A stretch of 64,000 nucleotides of DNA from Myxococcota bacterium (lineage in GTDB: Bacteria; Myxococcota_A; UBA796; CAJQPC01). The stretch lies in NCBI GenBank assembly GCA_036229005.1, contig JAZAMN010000059.1, positions 1 to 64,000 of the forward strand, in the 5' to 3' direction. Below the pieces are notes generated by a model, which ran no database searches, was not told the DNA's origin, and was given only the letters and a program-made list of their open reading frames with translations. Below, one piece after another: positions 1 through 10,065 of the stretch; position 1 is the first letter of the stretch; every line of letters begins with the position of its first letter. A program made the position numbers and the translations under genes.

Positions 1-163
1 TGTCAGCGACGATGAACTCCCCGAACTCCACGGAGCCGGGCTCGGCGGACAGGACGCAGACGGTGGTGTCATCGACACCGCCGACGTTGTTGTCGGCCTC
101 GATGAGCTCGAAGTCGCTGCAGCCGGTCAGCATTCCGGCCAGGGAGAAGAGAAGGGTCGGCAT
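1..163 (-). CDS. Lipoprotein, N-terminal part only (runs off window start)
   Basis: Not in ORF track. Read manually: ATG at 163 preceded by GGAG; MPTLLFSLAGMLTGC-SDFELIEADNNVGG... with lipobox LTGC; open to base 1. Confidence 0.7.
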   Translation of the reverse strand, partial: MPTLLFSLAGMLTGCSDFELIEADNNVGGVDDTTVCVLSAEPGSVEFGEFIVAD

Positions 164-240
164 GGGGCGCTCCAGGGAGAGTTTTCAGGGAGCACTACGC
201 GCGGTCTCCGGCGGCTGTGACACGGGGCGTCAAAAAAAGA

Positions 241-1293
241 TCAACGCCCCCCTCGCTGGGTGCGCAGCCCGTCCACAAACTCCCCAGTCACGGCCAGCCC
301 TTCCGCCCTCTGGCGGTAGAGATCCACGCTCATGAAGCCATGCACCATGCTCGGGAAGTCCTGGTACTGCACCTCCACGCCGGCCTGCTCCATCGCCTCT
401 GCATAGGCCGCACCAGAGTCCCGCAGCGGATCGAAACCCGCGGTGACCACGAGCGCAGGCGGCAGGCCGGCGTGCGACGGCGCCCGGAGCGGAGACAGCC
501 AAGGGTCCTGCAGATCGGTCCCCTCCGGGATGTAGGCCTGGTTGAAGCCCTGCATGGTCCGGGAGGAGAGCCCGTAGTCCTCCGAGAACCGCTCCGCGCT
601 GGGCCACGACGCGCCTGTGAAGTCCGTCACCGGGTAGTACAGGAGCTGCCCTGCCAGCGCCGGGCCGCCCGCATCGCGCGCCCGCATCGCCGTCACCGTA
701 GCGAGGTTTCCGCCAGCGCTGTCGCCCCCCACAAACACAAAGGACGGGTCTCCGCCCAGCTCGGCCGCGCTCTCCACCGTCCACTGCAGCGCCACCCAGG
801 CGTCATCCACCGCCGCGGGGAAGGGGTGCACCGGCGCCAGCCGGTACTCCACCGACACGACGATCGCGCCGGTCTCCTGTGCCAGCGAGCGGGTCAGCCC
901 ATCGAAGATGTCGACGCTGCCCACCACGAAGCCCCCTCCGTGGAAGTACACCAGCACAGGCGGTGGCTCACTCGCTGGCTCCTGCGGCCAGTACACCCGC
1001 ACGGGCACCTCCTGGTCCTGCCAGCTCGCCACCCTGTCCTCTGTGGCCGCGACCTCAGCCTGAGGCAGCAGCCCACTGAGGGCGTAGACCAGGTTCACCG
1101 GGATCGCCATCGTGAAGGGGCTCTCCGGGTCCGGCTGCATCTCCAGCTCGAAGCTCAGCAGGTGCAAGGAGAGGGCCGCCCGCGGGTCCAACTCTCCGTA
1201 GGGGGTGTGGCTCCACCGCCAGGTCAGGCCCGCACAGAGCGAGCCGCCCAGGAGGAGCGCTGCGAGGGGGATCGCGATCAAACGACGCTTCAT
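241..1293 (-). CDS. Alpha/beta hydrolase, HSL-family esterase/lipase
   Basis: HGGGF oxyanion motif, GDSAG nucleophile, DPLRD and HGF motifs, N-terminal hydrophobic segment. Confidence 0.92.
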   Translation of the reverse strand: MKRRLIAIPLAALLLGGSLCAGLTWRWSHTPYGELDPRAALSLHLLSFELEMQPDPESPFTMAIPVNLVYALSGLLPQAEVAATEDRVASWQDQEVPVRVYWPQEPASEPPPVLVYFHGGGFVVGSVDIFDGLTRSLAQETGAIVVSVEYRLAPVHPFPAAVDDAWVALQWTVESAAELGGDPSFVFVGGDSAGGNLATVTAMRARDAGGPALAGQLLYYPVTDFTGASWPSAERFSEDYGLSSRTMQGFNQAYIPEGTDLQDPWLSPLRAPSHAGLPPALVVTAGFDPLRDSGAAYAEAMEQAGVEVQYQDFPSMVHGFMSVDLYRQRAEGLAVTGEFVDGLRTQRGGR

Positions 1294-1311
1294 CTCAGAC
1301 CTCCTGGAGCT

Positions 1312-2118
1312 TCACTCCTTGGGCAGCATCTTCTCCATCTGCTTGGTGATGAAGCGCGCCGCCGGCCCCGGCGCCAGCCGGCTGGCCAGGTTCAGCGCCT
1401 TGGCGTCCTTGCCCACCAGGATGTGCAGCTTGTCGGCCTCCACCCCATCCCAGATGATCCGCGCAGCGTCGGGCGCGGGCAGGGGCTTGAGCGCGCTGTC
1501 CTCGGCCTGCTCGGGGCTGTGTCCACCCACCCCGGAGTTGCCCGTGATGTCCGTCGCCACCGCACCCGGCATCACCACCGAGACCGCCACCTGGCTGCCC
1601 AGCAGCTCCGTGTAGAGCCCCTCGGTCAGCAGCTTCACAGCCGCCTTGGACGCCCCGTAGACCGTCTGCCCGGGGAAGGGCAGGAAGCCCCCCATGCTGG
1701 AGACGTTGACCAGGTGCGCGACCGGCCGCTTCATCAGCTCCGGCAGGAAGGCCTTCACCATGTGGATCGTGCCCCACAGGTTCACGTCGATCACCCGCTC
1801 GATGGTCGCGTAGTCCAGCGCCACCACGTTGGTGAAGGGCTGGATGATCCCCGCGTTGTTCACAACCCCATCCACCGCCCCGTGGGCCGCGATCACCGCC
1901 GCCGGCAGTGCGTGGACCGCCTCCCGGTCGGTGATGTTGCACTCGTGCAGGCTCAGCCGATCCCCCGCCTTGGCCAGCGCCGCCGTCTCCTCCATGGCCG
2001 CCATGCGCAGGTCCACGGCCGCCACGCGGGCTCCGCGCTCCAGCGCCTGCAGCACGAGCTGTCGGCCGATTCCACCACCACCACCGGTGATCACGAGGGT
2101 CTTGTCTGCGAGCTTCAC
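1312..2118 (-). CDS. SDR family oxidoreductase
   Basis: TGGGGGIG, NNAG, YGASK; GTG start at 2118 with GGAGG RBS. Confidence 0.92.
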   Translation of the reverse strand: MKLADKTLVITGGGGGIGRQLVLQALERGARVAAVDLRMAAMEETAALAKAGDRLSLHECNITDREAVHALPAAVIAAHGAVDGVVNNAGIIQPFTNVVALDYATIERVIDVNLWGTIHMVKAFLPELMKRPVAHLVNVSSMGGFLPFPGQTVYGASKAAVKLLTEGLYTELLGSQVAVSVVMPGAVATDITGNSGVGGHSPEQAEDSALKPLPAPDAARIIWDGVEADKLHILVGKDAKALNLASRLAPGPAARFITKQMEKMLPKE

Positions 2119-2160
2119 GGCGACCTCCAGAGCAGGCAGCCTGTCCTCGCCTGCGGTCAA

Positions 2161-2179
2161 TGGCAACATATTGTCGCCA
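2161..2179. promoter_or_regulatory. Candidate TetR operator
   Basis: TGGCAACA-TAT-TGTCGCCA imperfect palindrome between tetR and the SDR start. Confidence 0.45.
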
Positions 2180-2205
2180 AACCATGATGGGCAAGCGGTG
2201 GGGGC

Positions 2206-2760
2206 TCAATCCTTGGGCAGCACGAGCCCGATCAGCCCCTCCAGCTCCTGCTCCGTGGCCGCCCGGCCCCGCTCCAGCACCCAGTGCACGACCCCGTAGA
2301 ACAGCAGGTGGGCGCGCTGCTCGGCCTCCTGGACGCCCTCCTGCTCCAGGATCTCCAGGAAGAGGGAGCGGCTCTGGTCGCGCGCTGTCGCAGTCATGGC
2401 CTGCAGCTCGGGATCCGAGGTCGACAGCACCCTCGCAAGCACCTGTCCCTCCGGCGAGGACAGGCTGTCCGAGAACTGCCTGCACAACACCAGCAGGCGC
2501 TCGGTCAGCGGGAGGGAGCGGTCGTGCTCCTGGAGGGCGGGCGGGTGCAGCAGCGCCCCGATGAGCTGCGCCTTGGTCGGGAAGCGGCGGTAGAGCGTGC
2601 TGCGGTGCACCCCCGCGCGCTTGGCCACGGCGTCCATGCTCAGGCGCGCGTAGCCCTTGTCGACCAGCTCGGCCAGGGCGGCGTCCAGCAGGCTGCGGAC
2701 CACCCTCTGGCTGCGGGGTCCGTGTTGCTTGTTCTGCGTGCGGCGGGGGCTCTGGGTCAT
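2206..2760 (-). CDS. TetR/AcrR family transcriptional regulator
   Basis: N-terminal HTH: LLDAALAELVDKGYARLSMDAVAKRAGVHRSTLYRRFPTK. Confidence 0.92.
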   Translation of the reverse strand: MTQSPRRTQNKQHGPRSQRVVRSLLDAALAELVDKGYARLSMDAVAKRAGVHRSTLYRRFPTKAQLIGALLHPPALQEHDRSLPLTERLLVLCRQFSDSLSSPEGQVLARVLSTSDPELQAMTATARDQSRSLFLEILEQEGVQEAEQRAHLLFYGVVHWVLERGRAATEQELEGLIGLVLPKD

Positions 2761-2790
2761 GCCGCCCCCTAACCGCGCGCAGACGGGCGG

Positions 2791-2867
2791 TGGCACCCCC
2801 AGCAGGACTCGAACCTGCGACCGTCGGCTTAGAAGGCCGATGCTCTATCCAGCTGAGCTATGGGGGC
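2791..2867 (-). tRNA. tRNA-Arg(UCU)
   Basis: GCCCCCATAGCTCAGCTGGATAGAGCATCGGCCTTCTAAGCCGACGGTCGCAGGTTCGAGTCCTGCTGGGGGTGCCA: 77 nt cloverleaf, anticodon loop CT-TCT-AA, GTTCGA T-loop, encoded CCA. Confidence 0.97.
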
Positions 2868-2916
2868 CCGCGCGGCCCTTAACGCCCCCGCCGCGACTTG
2901 CCCCGCCGGATTGGGC

Positions 2917-4266
2917 TCAGTCCTCCCGGCGACGGAAGAGCCCCACCAGACCGAGCAGCAGGACCACGAACGCTGAGCCCGGCCCGGCGCTCTGGCTGCT
3001 GCAGGAGCAGCCCTTCTCCGAAGCGCCGCCGCCGGTGTCCCCGGTCTCGCCGAGCTCCGGAGAGCCGGTGTCGAAGGGGCCATCGACGTCGTCGCCGTCG
3101 CAGTCCTGGTCGATGCCGTCGCTGACGATCTCGGCCGCGCCGGGGTAGATGCTGGCGTCCTGGTCGTCACAGTCCCCGCCGTCGCGCTCGTCGCCGACGT
3201 CCGGGGTGTCGATCATCAGCCAGCCCGTGTGCGGGTCGCAGGAGGCGGCCATGGGAGCCCCCCAGCACGAGACGCTGGCGTCCACGCTGCACGAGGAACC
3301 GGGCTCCACGGCGCGGTAGCTGTCGCCGTCGCAGTCAGCCTCGGCGTAGGCGAGCCGCCCGTCGCAGTCGTCATCCCAACCGGTCATGCGCTCGGGGGCG
3401 CCGGGGTAGATGTCGGCGTCGCCGTCGTAGCAGTCGCCGTCCAGGTAGACGTAGAGGTCGGAGCCCAGGGTGATGCCGCCAGCCTCGCCGGTGTCACAGA
3501 GGCAGAGGGTGGTATCGCCGCCGTAGCCGTCCTCGTCGCTGTCCAGGTAGACGTCGATGCAGCCGGAGTCGGCACCCAGGCTGTGGTAGTCGCTGTTGTC
3601 GATGGACCCATCGCAGTCGTCATCGACGCCGTTGCAGAGCTCGGGGGCGCTGGGGTTCACCGTCGCATCACGATCGTAGCAGTCCATGCTATTGGTGGCG
3701 TAGCCGGAGGGCAGCACGCAGAACTCGGCGCTGACCGTGGCATCACCGAAGCCGTCCCCGTCCGCATCGAGGAAGTACTCGTCGCCGTCGGACACCGCGA
3801 CCCCGCTGTCCGTGTTGGGGTCCCCATCGCAGTCGTTGTCGATCTGCGCGACTCCCCCAAGCTCGCACTCCTCGACCTGGCCGGGCGACTGCTTGGATGC
3901 GTCGGCGTCGCTGCTGTCGTCGTTGCAGTCACAGCCCCCGAGCACCACGTTGCCGTTGTCATCCACCAGCCCACCGCTGCTGTCCGTCAGGGCCCAGATG
4001 CTGGTGAAGCGGCTGTTCATGGTGTCCACGGAGGCCCAATCCGAGCAGGACACGCTGGCCTCGGCGCAGGCCACGTAGAAGTCGCCGTCCGCGTCGATCT
4101 CATCGCTGGGCACGCTGCCGTCGCAGTCGGTGTCCACGCCATCGCACAGCTCGGTCGCGCCCGGGTAGACCGACGGGTTGGCGTCATCGCAGTCCACGCC
4201 GGAGTGGTAGCCGTCGCCGTCCGCGTCGCTCAGCGCGAAGGCGCTGGAGATGAGCAGAGCCCACAT
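2917..4266 (-). CDS. Surface protein with putative metal-binding (MopE-like) repeats and MYXO-CTERM-type tail
   Basis: Repeated DCDD..P.VYPGA.E.CDG.D.DCDG; C-terminal GCSCSS, TM helix, RRR. Confidence 0.85.
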   Translation of the reverse strand: MWALLISSAFALSDADGDGYHSGVDCDDANPSVYPGATELCDGVDTDCDGSVPSDEIDADGDFYVACAEASVSCSDWASVDTMNSRFTSIWALTDSSGGLVDDNGNVVLGGCDCNDDSSDADASKQSPGQVEECELGGVAQIDNDCDGDPNTDSGVAVSDGDEYFLDADGDGFGDATVSAEFCVLPSGYATNSMDCYDRDATVNPSAPELCNGVDDDCDGSIDNSDYHSLGADSGCIDVYLDSDEDGYGGDTTLCLCDTGEAGGITLGSDLYVYLDGDCYDGDADIYPGAPERMTGWDDDCDGRLAYAEADCDGDSYRAVEPGSSCSVDASVSCWGAPMAASCDPHTGWLMIDTPDVGDERDGGDCDDQDASIYPGAAEIVSDGIDQDCDGDDVDGPFDTGSPELGETGDTGGGASEKGCSCSSQSAGPGSAFVVLLLGLVGLFRRRED

Positions 4267-4296
4267 TGAAACCTCCCATTTGCTCGGGAGCCCACC

Positions 4297-5118
4297 CTAC
4301 ACGGCGGCTGGCCGACTGCCAACCCGCTCCGCCCAGACGCTGAGCGCCGGCCCCGCCGAGGCGTCCACCTTGAGCGCCGCCAGCGGGTCCCCCCGCGTCT
4401 GTCCGCGGTTCAGGATCGCCACCGGGATCCCCAGCGCCTCCGCCTGCCGCACAAAGCGGAAGCCCGAGAACACCGTGAGCGAGGAGCCCACCACCAGCAG
4501 GCCCTTGGCTCCCGCGACCATCTCCTTGGCCCGCTCCACCCGCGCCCGCGGCACGCTCTCACCAAAGAACACCACGTGCGGCTTGAACAAGCCCCCGCAG
4601 TCGCAGTCCACGACCTCGAAGCCCGCGACCGCCGCGTCGCTCAGATCCGCGTCCCCGTCCGGCGCGTAGCCCTCCACCCGCGGGGCGAAGTCCGGGTTGG
4701 CCGCGAGCAGGCGCTGCTGCAAGGCCTCCCGCTCACGCACCTGCCCACAGCTCAGGCAGACCACCTCGGCCAGGGCCCCGTGCAGCTCCACCCCGTCCAG
4801 CCCGGCCTTGGCGTGCAGCCGGTCCACGTTCTGGGTGATGAGCCCCGCGACCACCCCCTCCCGCGCCAGCTCCGAGAGCGCGTGGTGACAGGCGTTCGGC
4901 TGGGCGTCCCGGATCTTTGGCCACCCCACACAGCTCCGCGCCCAGTACCGCTGCCGCCACAGCGGGTCCTGGACGAACTGCTGGAAGCGCACCGGGTTGC
5001 GGCTGCGACGCGCGGTCTCCGGCCCTCGGTAGTCCGGGATCCCCGAGTCCGTGGACACCCCCGCCCCGGTCAGCACCGCGACGGGCCCAGCCCCAAAGAG
5101 CTCGTGCAGCGCGCTCAT
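4297..5118 (-). CDS. NAD-dependent deacylase, sirtuin (SIRT4/class II-like)
   Basis: [43 protein letters not shown] at 5118 overlaps upstream stop (ATGA). Confidence 0.92.
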   Translation of the reverse strand: MSALHELFGAGPVAVLTGAGVSTDSGIPDYRGPETARRSRNPVRFQQFVQDPLWRQRYWARSCVGWPKIRDAQPNACHHALSELAREGVVAGLITQNVDRLHAKAGLDGVELHGALAEVVCLSCGQVREREALQQRLLAANPDFAPRVEGYAPDGDADLSDAAVAGFEVVDCDCGGLFKPHVVFFGESVPRARVERAKEMVAGAKGLLVVGSSLTVFSGFRFVRQAEALGIPVAILNRGQTRGDPLAALKVDASAGPALSVWAERVGSRPAAV

Positions 5119-6614
5119 GCGATCAACCTCTGGGCCAGCTTGAGCCCCCCCAGCGCCGTCGCCAGCGTGCTCTGCCCCGGAAACACGCTGTCCCCGACCA
5201 GGTGCAGCCCCGGCATCACCGGGCTCGGCCACATCCCCCGGTAGTTCTGCAGCCCCGCCACCCGCGGAATGCCCCCCACCGCGCCCCCCGGCCGCCGCGT
5301 GAAGCGCTCCCAGGTCCGCGGGCTCGCCGGGTACACCTGCACCACCCGCTCGACCACCTGGGGCGCCATGGCCTCCAGCCCCGCCCGCATCCGCGCCTGG
5401 ATCTCCGCCACCCGCGCGCCCTGCCGCTCTCCCAGCGCCCGGAACCCCTCCAGCCCCACGTGCGTCGACACCGTCACCGTCCGGTGCGTGCCCGGCTGCT
5501 CCCCCACCCCACCGACGCTCACAAACAGGTGGTTCCCCTCTCGCAGCGGCGCGCCCGGATCCTGGATGAGCTGGAGGTGGAACGGGACCCTTGGCAGCCC
5601 CGGGTGGTCGTCCACAACCAGGTACAACATCACCGCACTCCAACCTCGCTGCACCTGCTCCGAAAGCGAGGTCAGGCTGGGCAGCTCCGCAGGCAGCAGG
5701 CTCTGCAGCGCCCCCGGCAGCAGGTTCGCGACCACCCGCCGGCAGCGCACGCGCTCACCCCGGAGCTGCACCTCGAAGCCCCCGGCCACCGGCTCGATGG
5801 CCTTGACGCGGGCGCTCAGGCGCAGCTCGCCGCCCTGCGCCACCACCGCGTCCGCCAGCGCCTGCGCCAGCTCCCCGATCCCCCCGTGGATGTGCGCGGT
5901 CCCCCGAAAGCAGTAGTCCATCGCGCCCAGCGCGAAGGGGGCCTCGGCCTGCTCGGAGGAGGCCTGGACCGTGATCTGGCAGAGGGCGTCCAGGTAGAGC
6001 CGCAGCGGGGCCACGTCAGCCACCCCGTGGTGCCGCAGCAGCGCGACCAGGGGCTCGCCGATCCAGCGCAGCAGCGGCAGGTAGCGCGGGGAGCGGCCCA
6101 GGTGGCGTAGCAGCGCGCTGGGGCCGATGGGGGGCAGCAGCTCGGGGTCGTCAAAGAGCTCCCAGAGCAGGCCGGCGATGCGCTCCTGCGCGGCGAAGAA
6201 GCGCCGAACGCCCTCGGCCTTGTCCCCCGCCAGGCCCGCCAGATGCTCTACCACCGGCCCCCGGTCGGCCGTGATGGGCAGCTCCAGGCCCGGCGCCCGC
6301 AGGGTGATCAGCGGGTCCAGGCGCTCCACCTGCACCGGCAGCTTGTGCCTTTGGATCCAGCGGGTCATCAGCCCGGAGTCTCCAAAGCCCGAAAACAGGG
6401 TGGCTCCGGTCTCGAAGCGGTGGCCGCCCTTGGTGAAGCTGCTCGCACAGCCCCCCGGGTAGCGCAGGGCCTCGGCCAGCAGGACCGGGACCCCGGCCTC
6501 AGCCAGGGTCAACGCCGTCGCCAGCCCACCGAATCCAGCGCCAATCACCAGGGTGTCCACGGAACGCAAATCGGCCTCCGTCCACTCTTGGACAAGCCCC
6601 CCCCAGCCTTGCAC
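5115..6614 (-). CDS. Phytoene desaturase/carotenoid oxidoreductase-family FAD enzyme
   Basis: [12 protein letters not shown] motif, PGGCASSF...FETGAT, C-terminal [10 protein letters not shown]; start codon uncertain. Confidence 0.82.
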   Translation of the reverse strand: MQGWGGLVQEWTEADLRSVDTLVIGAGFGGLATALTLAEAGVPVLLAEALRYPGGCASSFTKGGHRFETGATLFSGFGDSGLMTRWIQRHKLPVQVERLDPLITLRAPGLELPITADRGPVVEHLAGLAGDKAEGVRRFFAAQERIAGLLWELFDDPELLPPIGPSALLRHLGRSPRYLPLLRWIGEPLVALLRHHGVADVAPLRLYLDALCQITVQASSEQAEAPFALGAMDYCFRGTAHIHGGIGELAQALADAVVAQGGELRLSARVKAIEPVAGGFEVQLRGERVRCRRVVANLLPGALQSLLPAELPSLTSLSEQVQRGWSAVMLYLVVDDHPGLPRVPFHLQLIQDPGAPLREGNHLFVSVGGVGEQPGTHRTVTVSTHVGLEGFRALGERQGARVAEIQARMRAGLEAMAPQVVERVVQVYPASPRTWERFTRRPGGAVGGIPRVAGLQNYRGMWPSPVMPGLHLVGDSVFPGQSTLATALGGLKLAQRLIA

Positions 6615-6624
6615 CCCGGCCGTG

Positions 6625-6692
6625 GCGCCCCCTCCCAGAAGTCGCCCCGGCCAGGGTCACCGCGCAGCAGGAGCGCCCCCTCCCAGAAGTCG
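6625..6692. repeat. 20-bp exact direct repeat
   Basis: gcgccccctcccagaagtcg at 6625-6644 and 6673-6692. Confidence 0.8.
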
Positions 6693-6856
6693 TCCCTGCC
6701 TGCGCGGCGGACGCAGCGACAGGAAGCAAGGGAGGTGCCAACCCCAACCCCCTGAAATCACGAAACAGCCGACCGACAGGGTGTCGAATCTCCGACACCC
6801 CCTGTCGAAGGGTTGACACCCCGGGTTAGGGGCGGCCCACACCGCTGGAGCACCCC

Positions 6857-7177
6857 ATGTCCCGAACCTGGCTGATCGCCGCCATTCTCCCTGCCCTCAC
6901 CGCCTGCGCCATCCCCGAGGAGGACTTCCCCGAGGAGTACGGCAAGCAGAACTGCAAGCGCCTGCAGGAGTGCAACGAGGACCTCTTCGAGGAGTTCGAC
7001 GACATGGAGGACTGCACCGACGCCTACGCCGACCTCATGGAGCCCCTGCTGGACCTGGCTGACCTGGCCGGCGAGACCTACGACCCGGACGGCGCCCGGG
7101 ACTGCATCACCAACCTCAAGCGCGCGGACTGCGGGGACTGGGAGGATGGGGACTTCACCTGCGATCTCACCCTCTGA
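6857..7177 (+). CDS. Small acidic Cys-rich lipoprotein
   Basis: GGAG RBS, lipobox LTAC, GC3-biased codons. Confidence 0.8.
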   Translation: MSRTWLIAAILPALTACAIPEEDFPEEYGKQNCKRLQECNEDLFEEFDDMEDCTDAYADLMEPLLDLADLAGETYDPDGARDCITNLKRADCGDWEDGDFTCDLTL

Positions 7178-8105
7178 GACGTTCCGCGCTCTCTGGGTGC
7201 ACGCCCGGCCCCGCATGCTCCCCTGGCTCTGGGGGCTGCTGGGGCTCGGGGTGACCTACGGCTACTGGGAGCGCGCCGCGAACCTGGAGCGCGCCTGGAC
7301 CCTGCCCGCCGTCGCCGCGGCCTGGGCCTGCCTGCACGCGGGCACCATGTGGCTCAACGCCGCCCGGGACCAGGACAGCGGCGAGATCCTCTTCGGCAGC
7401 GGAGAGGCCCCCCCTCCCCCCGCCCCCGCCTGGGGGTACGCCGCGCTCGCACTCTCCGCCGGGCTCGCGGCCCTGATCTCCCCCTGGGTGGGGCTCTTCT
7501 GCACCCTCTGCGCCATCCTGGCGGTGCTCTACTCGCACCCCAGCGTGGCCCTCAAGGCCCACCCCATCGGGGGCCCTCTGGTCAACGTGTTGGGCTACGG
7601 CCTGCTCACCCCCGCCGCAGGGATCGCGGTCGCGCTGGGCCCAATCCACGGCCGCGTGCTGGTCACGCTGGCCCTGCTGGCGACCACCATGCTGGGACTC
7701 ACCTTCGCCGCCCAGGCCTGGCAGGAAGACGAAGACCGGGAGCGCGGCGACCGCACGCTGGTCGCCACCCACGGAGCTCGCGTGACGCTCTGGAGCGCGC
7801 GCTTGTTGATCGGCAGCGCCGGCCTGATGGCCCTGGCCGCCATCGCGTGGGGCTGGTACCCGCGGGCCATGCTGGTCGCCCTCCCGGGCCTGCTGCTGGT
7901 GGACCGCTTCATGGCCCGCTGGCTGCGACAGGAGGGCGGCGGGGACGCCACCTGGGGCCGTGACCTGGTGCGCCTGATGGCCGCGACAGCCCTGGTCGCC
8001 TCCTTGGCCGCTGTGGTCCAGTACGGCATCGCCTGGCGCAGCCTGCAGCCCTTTGCTGGCCAGGGCACCGCTCGGGTCCCGACCCCCTGGGTGCTCCCCC
8101 CCTGA
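7146..8105 (+). CDS. UbiA-family prenyltransferase-like membrane protein
   Basis: Multiple TM helices, ARP motif, N..D...E, YSHP..LK, EDRERGDRT; start uncertain. Confidence 0.75.
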   Translation: MGTSPAISPSETFRALWVHARPRMLPWLWGLLGLGVTYGYWERAANLERAWTLPAVAAAWACLHAGTMWLNAARDQDSGEILFGSGEAPPPPAPAWGYAALALSAGLAALISPWVGLFCTLCAILAVLYSHPSVALKAHPIGGPLVNVLGYGLLTPAAGIAVALGPIHGRVLVTLALLATTMLGLTFAAQAWQEDEDRERGDRTLVATHGARVTLWSARLLIGSAGLMALAAIAWGWYPRAMLVALPGLLLVDRFMARWLRQEGGGDATWGRDLVRLMAATALVASLAAVVQYGIAWRSLQPFAGQGTARVPTPWVLPP

Positions 8106-8120
8106 GCGGCCCCCCAGGCC

Positions 8121-9779
8121 TCAGCCCTCCGAGAGGGCCTCCGCCAGCTCCCGCAAGGTCAGCGGCTTGGTCAGGAAGCCGTCCATGCCCGCCTCCTTGC
8201 ACAGGGCGCGGTCCTGGGGCGTCACGTTCGCGGTGAGCGCAACGATCCGGCCGCTGTAGCCCTCCGCGCGCAGCCGGCGGGTGACCTCCAGCCCGGACAG
8301 ACGCGGCATCTGGCAGTCCATCAACACCACGTCAAAGGGCTCGGGGTGTCGCTGGACAACCCGCAGCGCCTGCTCGCCGTCCGCGGTGACGATGACCTGG
8401 CAGCCCAGGCGCAGCAGCATGGCGTGGAACACCTTCTGGTTCACCAGGTTGTCCTCGGCGAGCAGCACGCTCAATCCCGGTTCGACCGTGGGACTCTTCT
8501 CGGCGGTGGGGGCGATAGGTAGGGCCTCCTCCAGCTCCACCTGGACCCAGAAGGTGCTGCCCTCTCCGGGCGCGCTGCGTAGCTGGATGCTCCCCCCCAT
8601 CACCTGCACCAGCTTGTCGACGATTGCCAGCCCCAGCCCGCTGCCCCCGTGCGTGCGCGCGATCCCCTCGCCGACCTGGGTGAAGGCGCTGAACAGGCGC
8701 TGCTGGTCTTCGCCGGAGATCCCAGGGCCGGTGTCCTCGACTTCGAGCCAGAGGCTCAAGGTGCCCGGCCGCCCGGTGGCCCGAGTGGTGGTCCGAAGAG
8801 AGACGCGACCCCGCTCCGTGAACTTGATCGCGTTGGAGACCAGGTTGAGCATGATCTGCCGGAGTCGGAGGGCGTCGCCCACAAGCCAGGCAGGACCGCT
8901 GTGCTCATGCTCCAGGGTGAGCCCCTTGTCCACGGCCTGCTGCCCCAGGAGCCCGGTGACCTCCTGAGCGATCTGGCGGATGTCCAGCGGGAGCGCCTCG
9001 AGCTGCATCGCGCCGGCCTCCACGCGGGAGAAGTCCAGCACGTCGTTCAGCAGCCCGAGCAGCGCGTAGCCGGAGCGCTGGAGCATGGAGACCATCGAGA
9101 GCTGTTCGCCCTCCAACCGGGTATCGGCCAGCAGCTCCGCCAGGCCCAGGATGCCCCCGAGCGGCGTGCGGATCTCGTGGGACATCGACGCCAGGAACGC
9201 CGACTTGGCCCGACTCGCATCCAGCGCGCGCTCCCGAGCCTCCTGCAGGGCGGCCTGTTGCTCCCCGACGCTGCGCTCGTAGGCCAAGGCGATGCCCGTG
9301 ATGACCACGACCGAGAAGATGGGTGCGACGGTCCGGACGACCACCTCGGTGTCCCCCTGCAGGTGGCTGACCGGGATGTGCTCGCGGAGCAGGGTGATGG
9401 CGGCGACGGAGAGCACCGCGCAAGCGCTCCAGCCCAGCGCCGCCCGCCGCCCCAGCAGGAAGGCCGCCAGCAGCGGGATGGTCGGCAGCGCGAACAGGGC
9501 CGGGGCCTGGAGACCGCCGCCGCTGGCGACCGCCAGGTAGTTCGAGCTCAGCAGCAGCTCCCCCGCCAGGCAGTGGGCGATGGGCCCAAGCAGCTCCTCC
9601 CTGCGCACCAGCAGCCGGTTCTGGGCCAGGAACACGCCCCCGGCGATCAGATAGACCACGCCGCCGTGCAGGTTCCCCGCCAGGCTGAGCGAGGAGGCGA
9701 GCAGCACCCCCACGATGGCCAGCCCCATGAGCAGGCGCACCGCGAACTGAAGCCGTGCTTGCAGGAAGGCGTTGTCCAC
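8121..9779 (-). CDS. Hybrid sensor histidine kinase/response regulator
   Basis: TM helices, H-box SHEIRTP, NLVSNAIKFT, GSGLGL, receiver MDCQMP. Confidence 0.95.
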   Translation of the reverse strand: MDNAFLQARLQFAVRLLMGLAIVGVLLASSLSLAGNLHGGVVYLIAGGVFLAQNRLLVRREELLGPIAHCLAGELLLSSNYLAVASGGGLQAPALFALPTIPLLAAFLLGRRAALGWSACAVLSVAAITLLREHIPVSHLQGDTEVVVRTVAPIFSVVVITGIALAYERSVGEQQAALQEARERALDASRAKSAFLASMSHEIRTPLGGILGLAELLADTRLEGEQLSMVSMLQRSGYALLGLLNDVLDFSRVEAGAMQLEALPLDIRQIAQEVTGLLGQQAVDKGLTLEHEHSGPAWLVGDALRLRQIMLNLVSNAIKFTERGRVSLRTTTRATGRPGTLSLWLEVEDTGPGISGEDQQRLFSAFTQVGEGIARTHGGSGLGLAIVDKLVQVMGGSIQLRSAPGEGSTFWVQVELEEALPIAPTAEKSPTVEPGLSVLLAEDNLVNQKVFHAMLLRLGCQVIVTADGEQALRVVQRHPEPFDVVLMDCQMPRLSGLEVTRRLRAEGYSGRIVALTANVTPQDRALCKEAGMDGFLTKPLTLRELAEALSEG

Positions 9780-9828
9780 GAATCCTCAGAGTCGGCCCTG
9801 CGCGCGCCGTCTTCAACCAGAGTTGGGC

Positions 9829-10065
9829 TCAGGCGCCGCCCCGCCGCCGCACCAATGCTGAGAGCCCTCGGGCTTCCAGGGCTTCCCGCAGATCCTTGAT
9901 TCGGGCGGGATCGATGATGAGCTGCGTCTCAGAGACCGTCCCCAACACGTAGGACTCCAGGGGGACCACCGCTCGGATCTCACTGAGGACCTCCGGCGAG
10001 GACACCTCGAGCAAGGCCAGGTTGCGGTGGATCAGGGGGGGGTGGTCGGTGGGGCGCTGCATCAC
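9829..10065 (-). CDS. Small hypothetical protein coupled to XPB
   Basis: ATGA overlap with XPB stop; globular-looking 78 aa. Confidence 0.7.
   Translation of the reverse strand: MMQRPTDHPPLIHRNLALLEVSSPEVLSEIRAVVPLESYVLGTVSETQLIIDPARIKDLREALEARGLSALVRRRGGA

Noticed and set aside
2791..2867. tRNA as an integration site or island boundary
   Set aside because: No integrase, no duplicated tRNA 3' end noticed, no compositional shift
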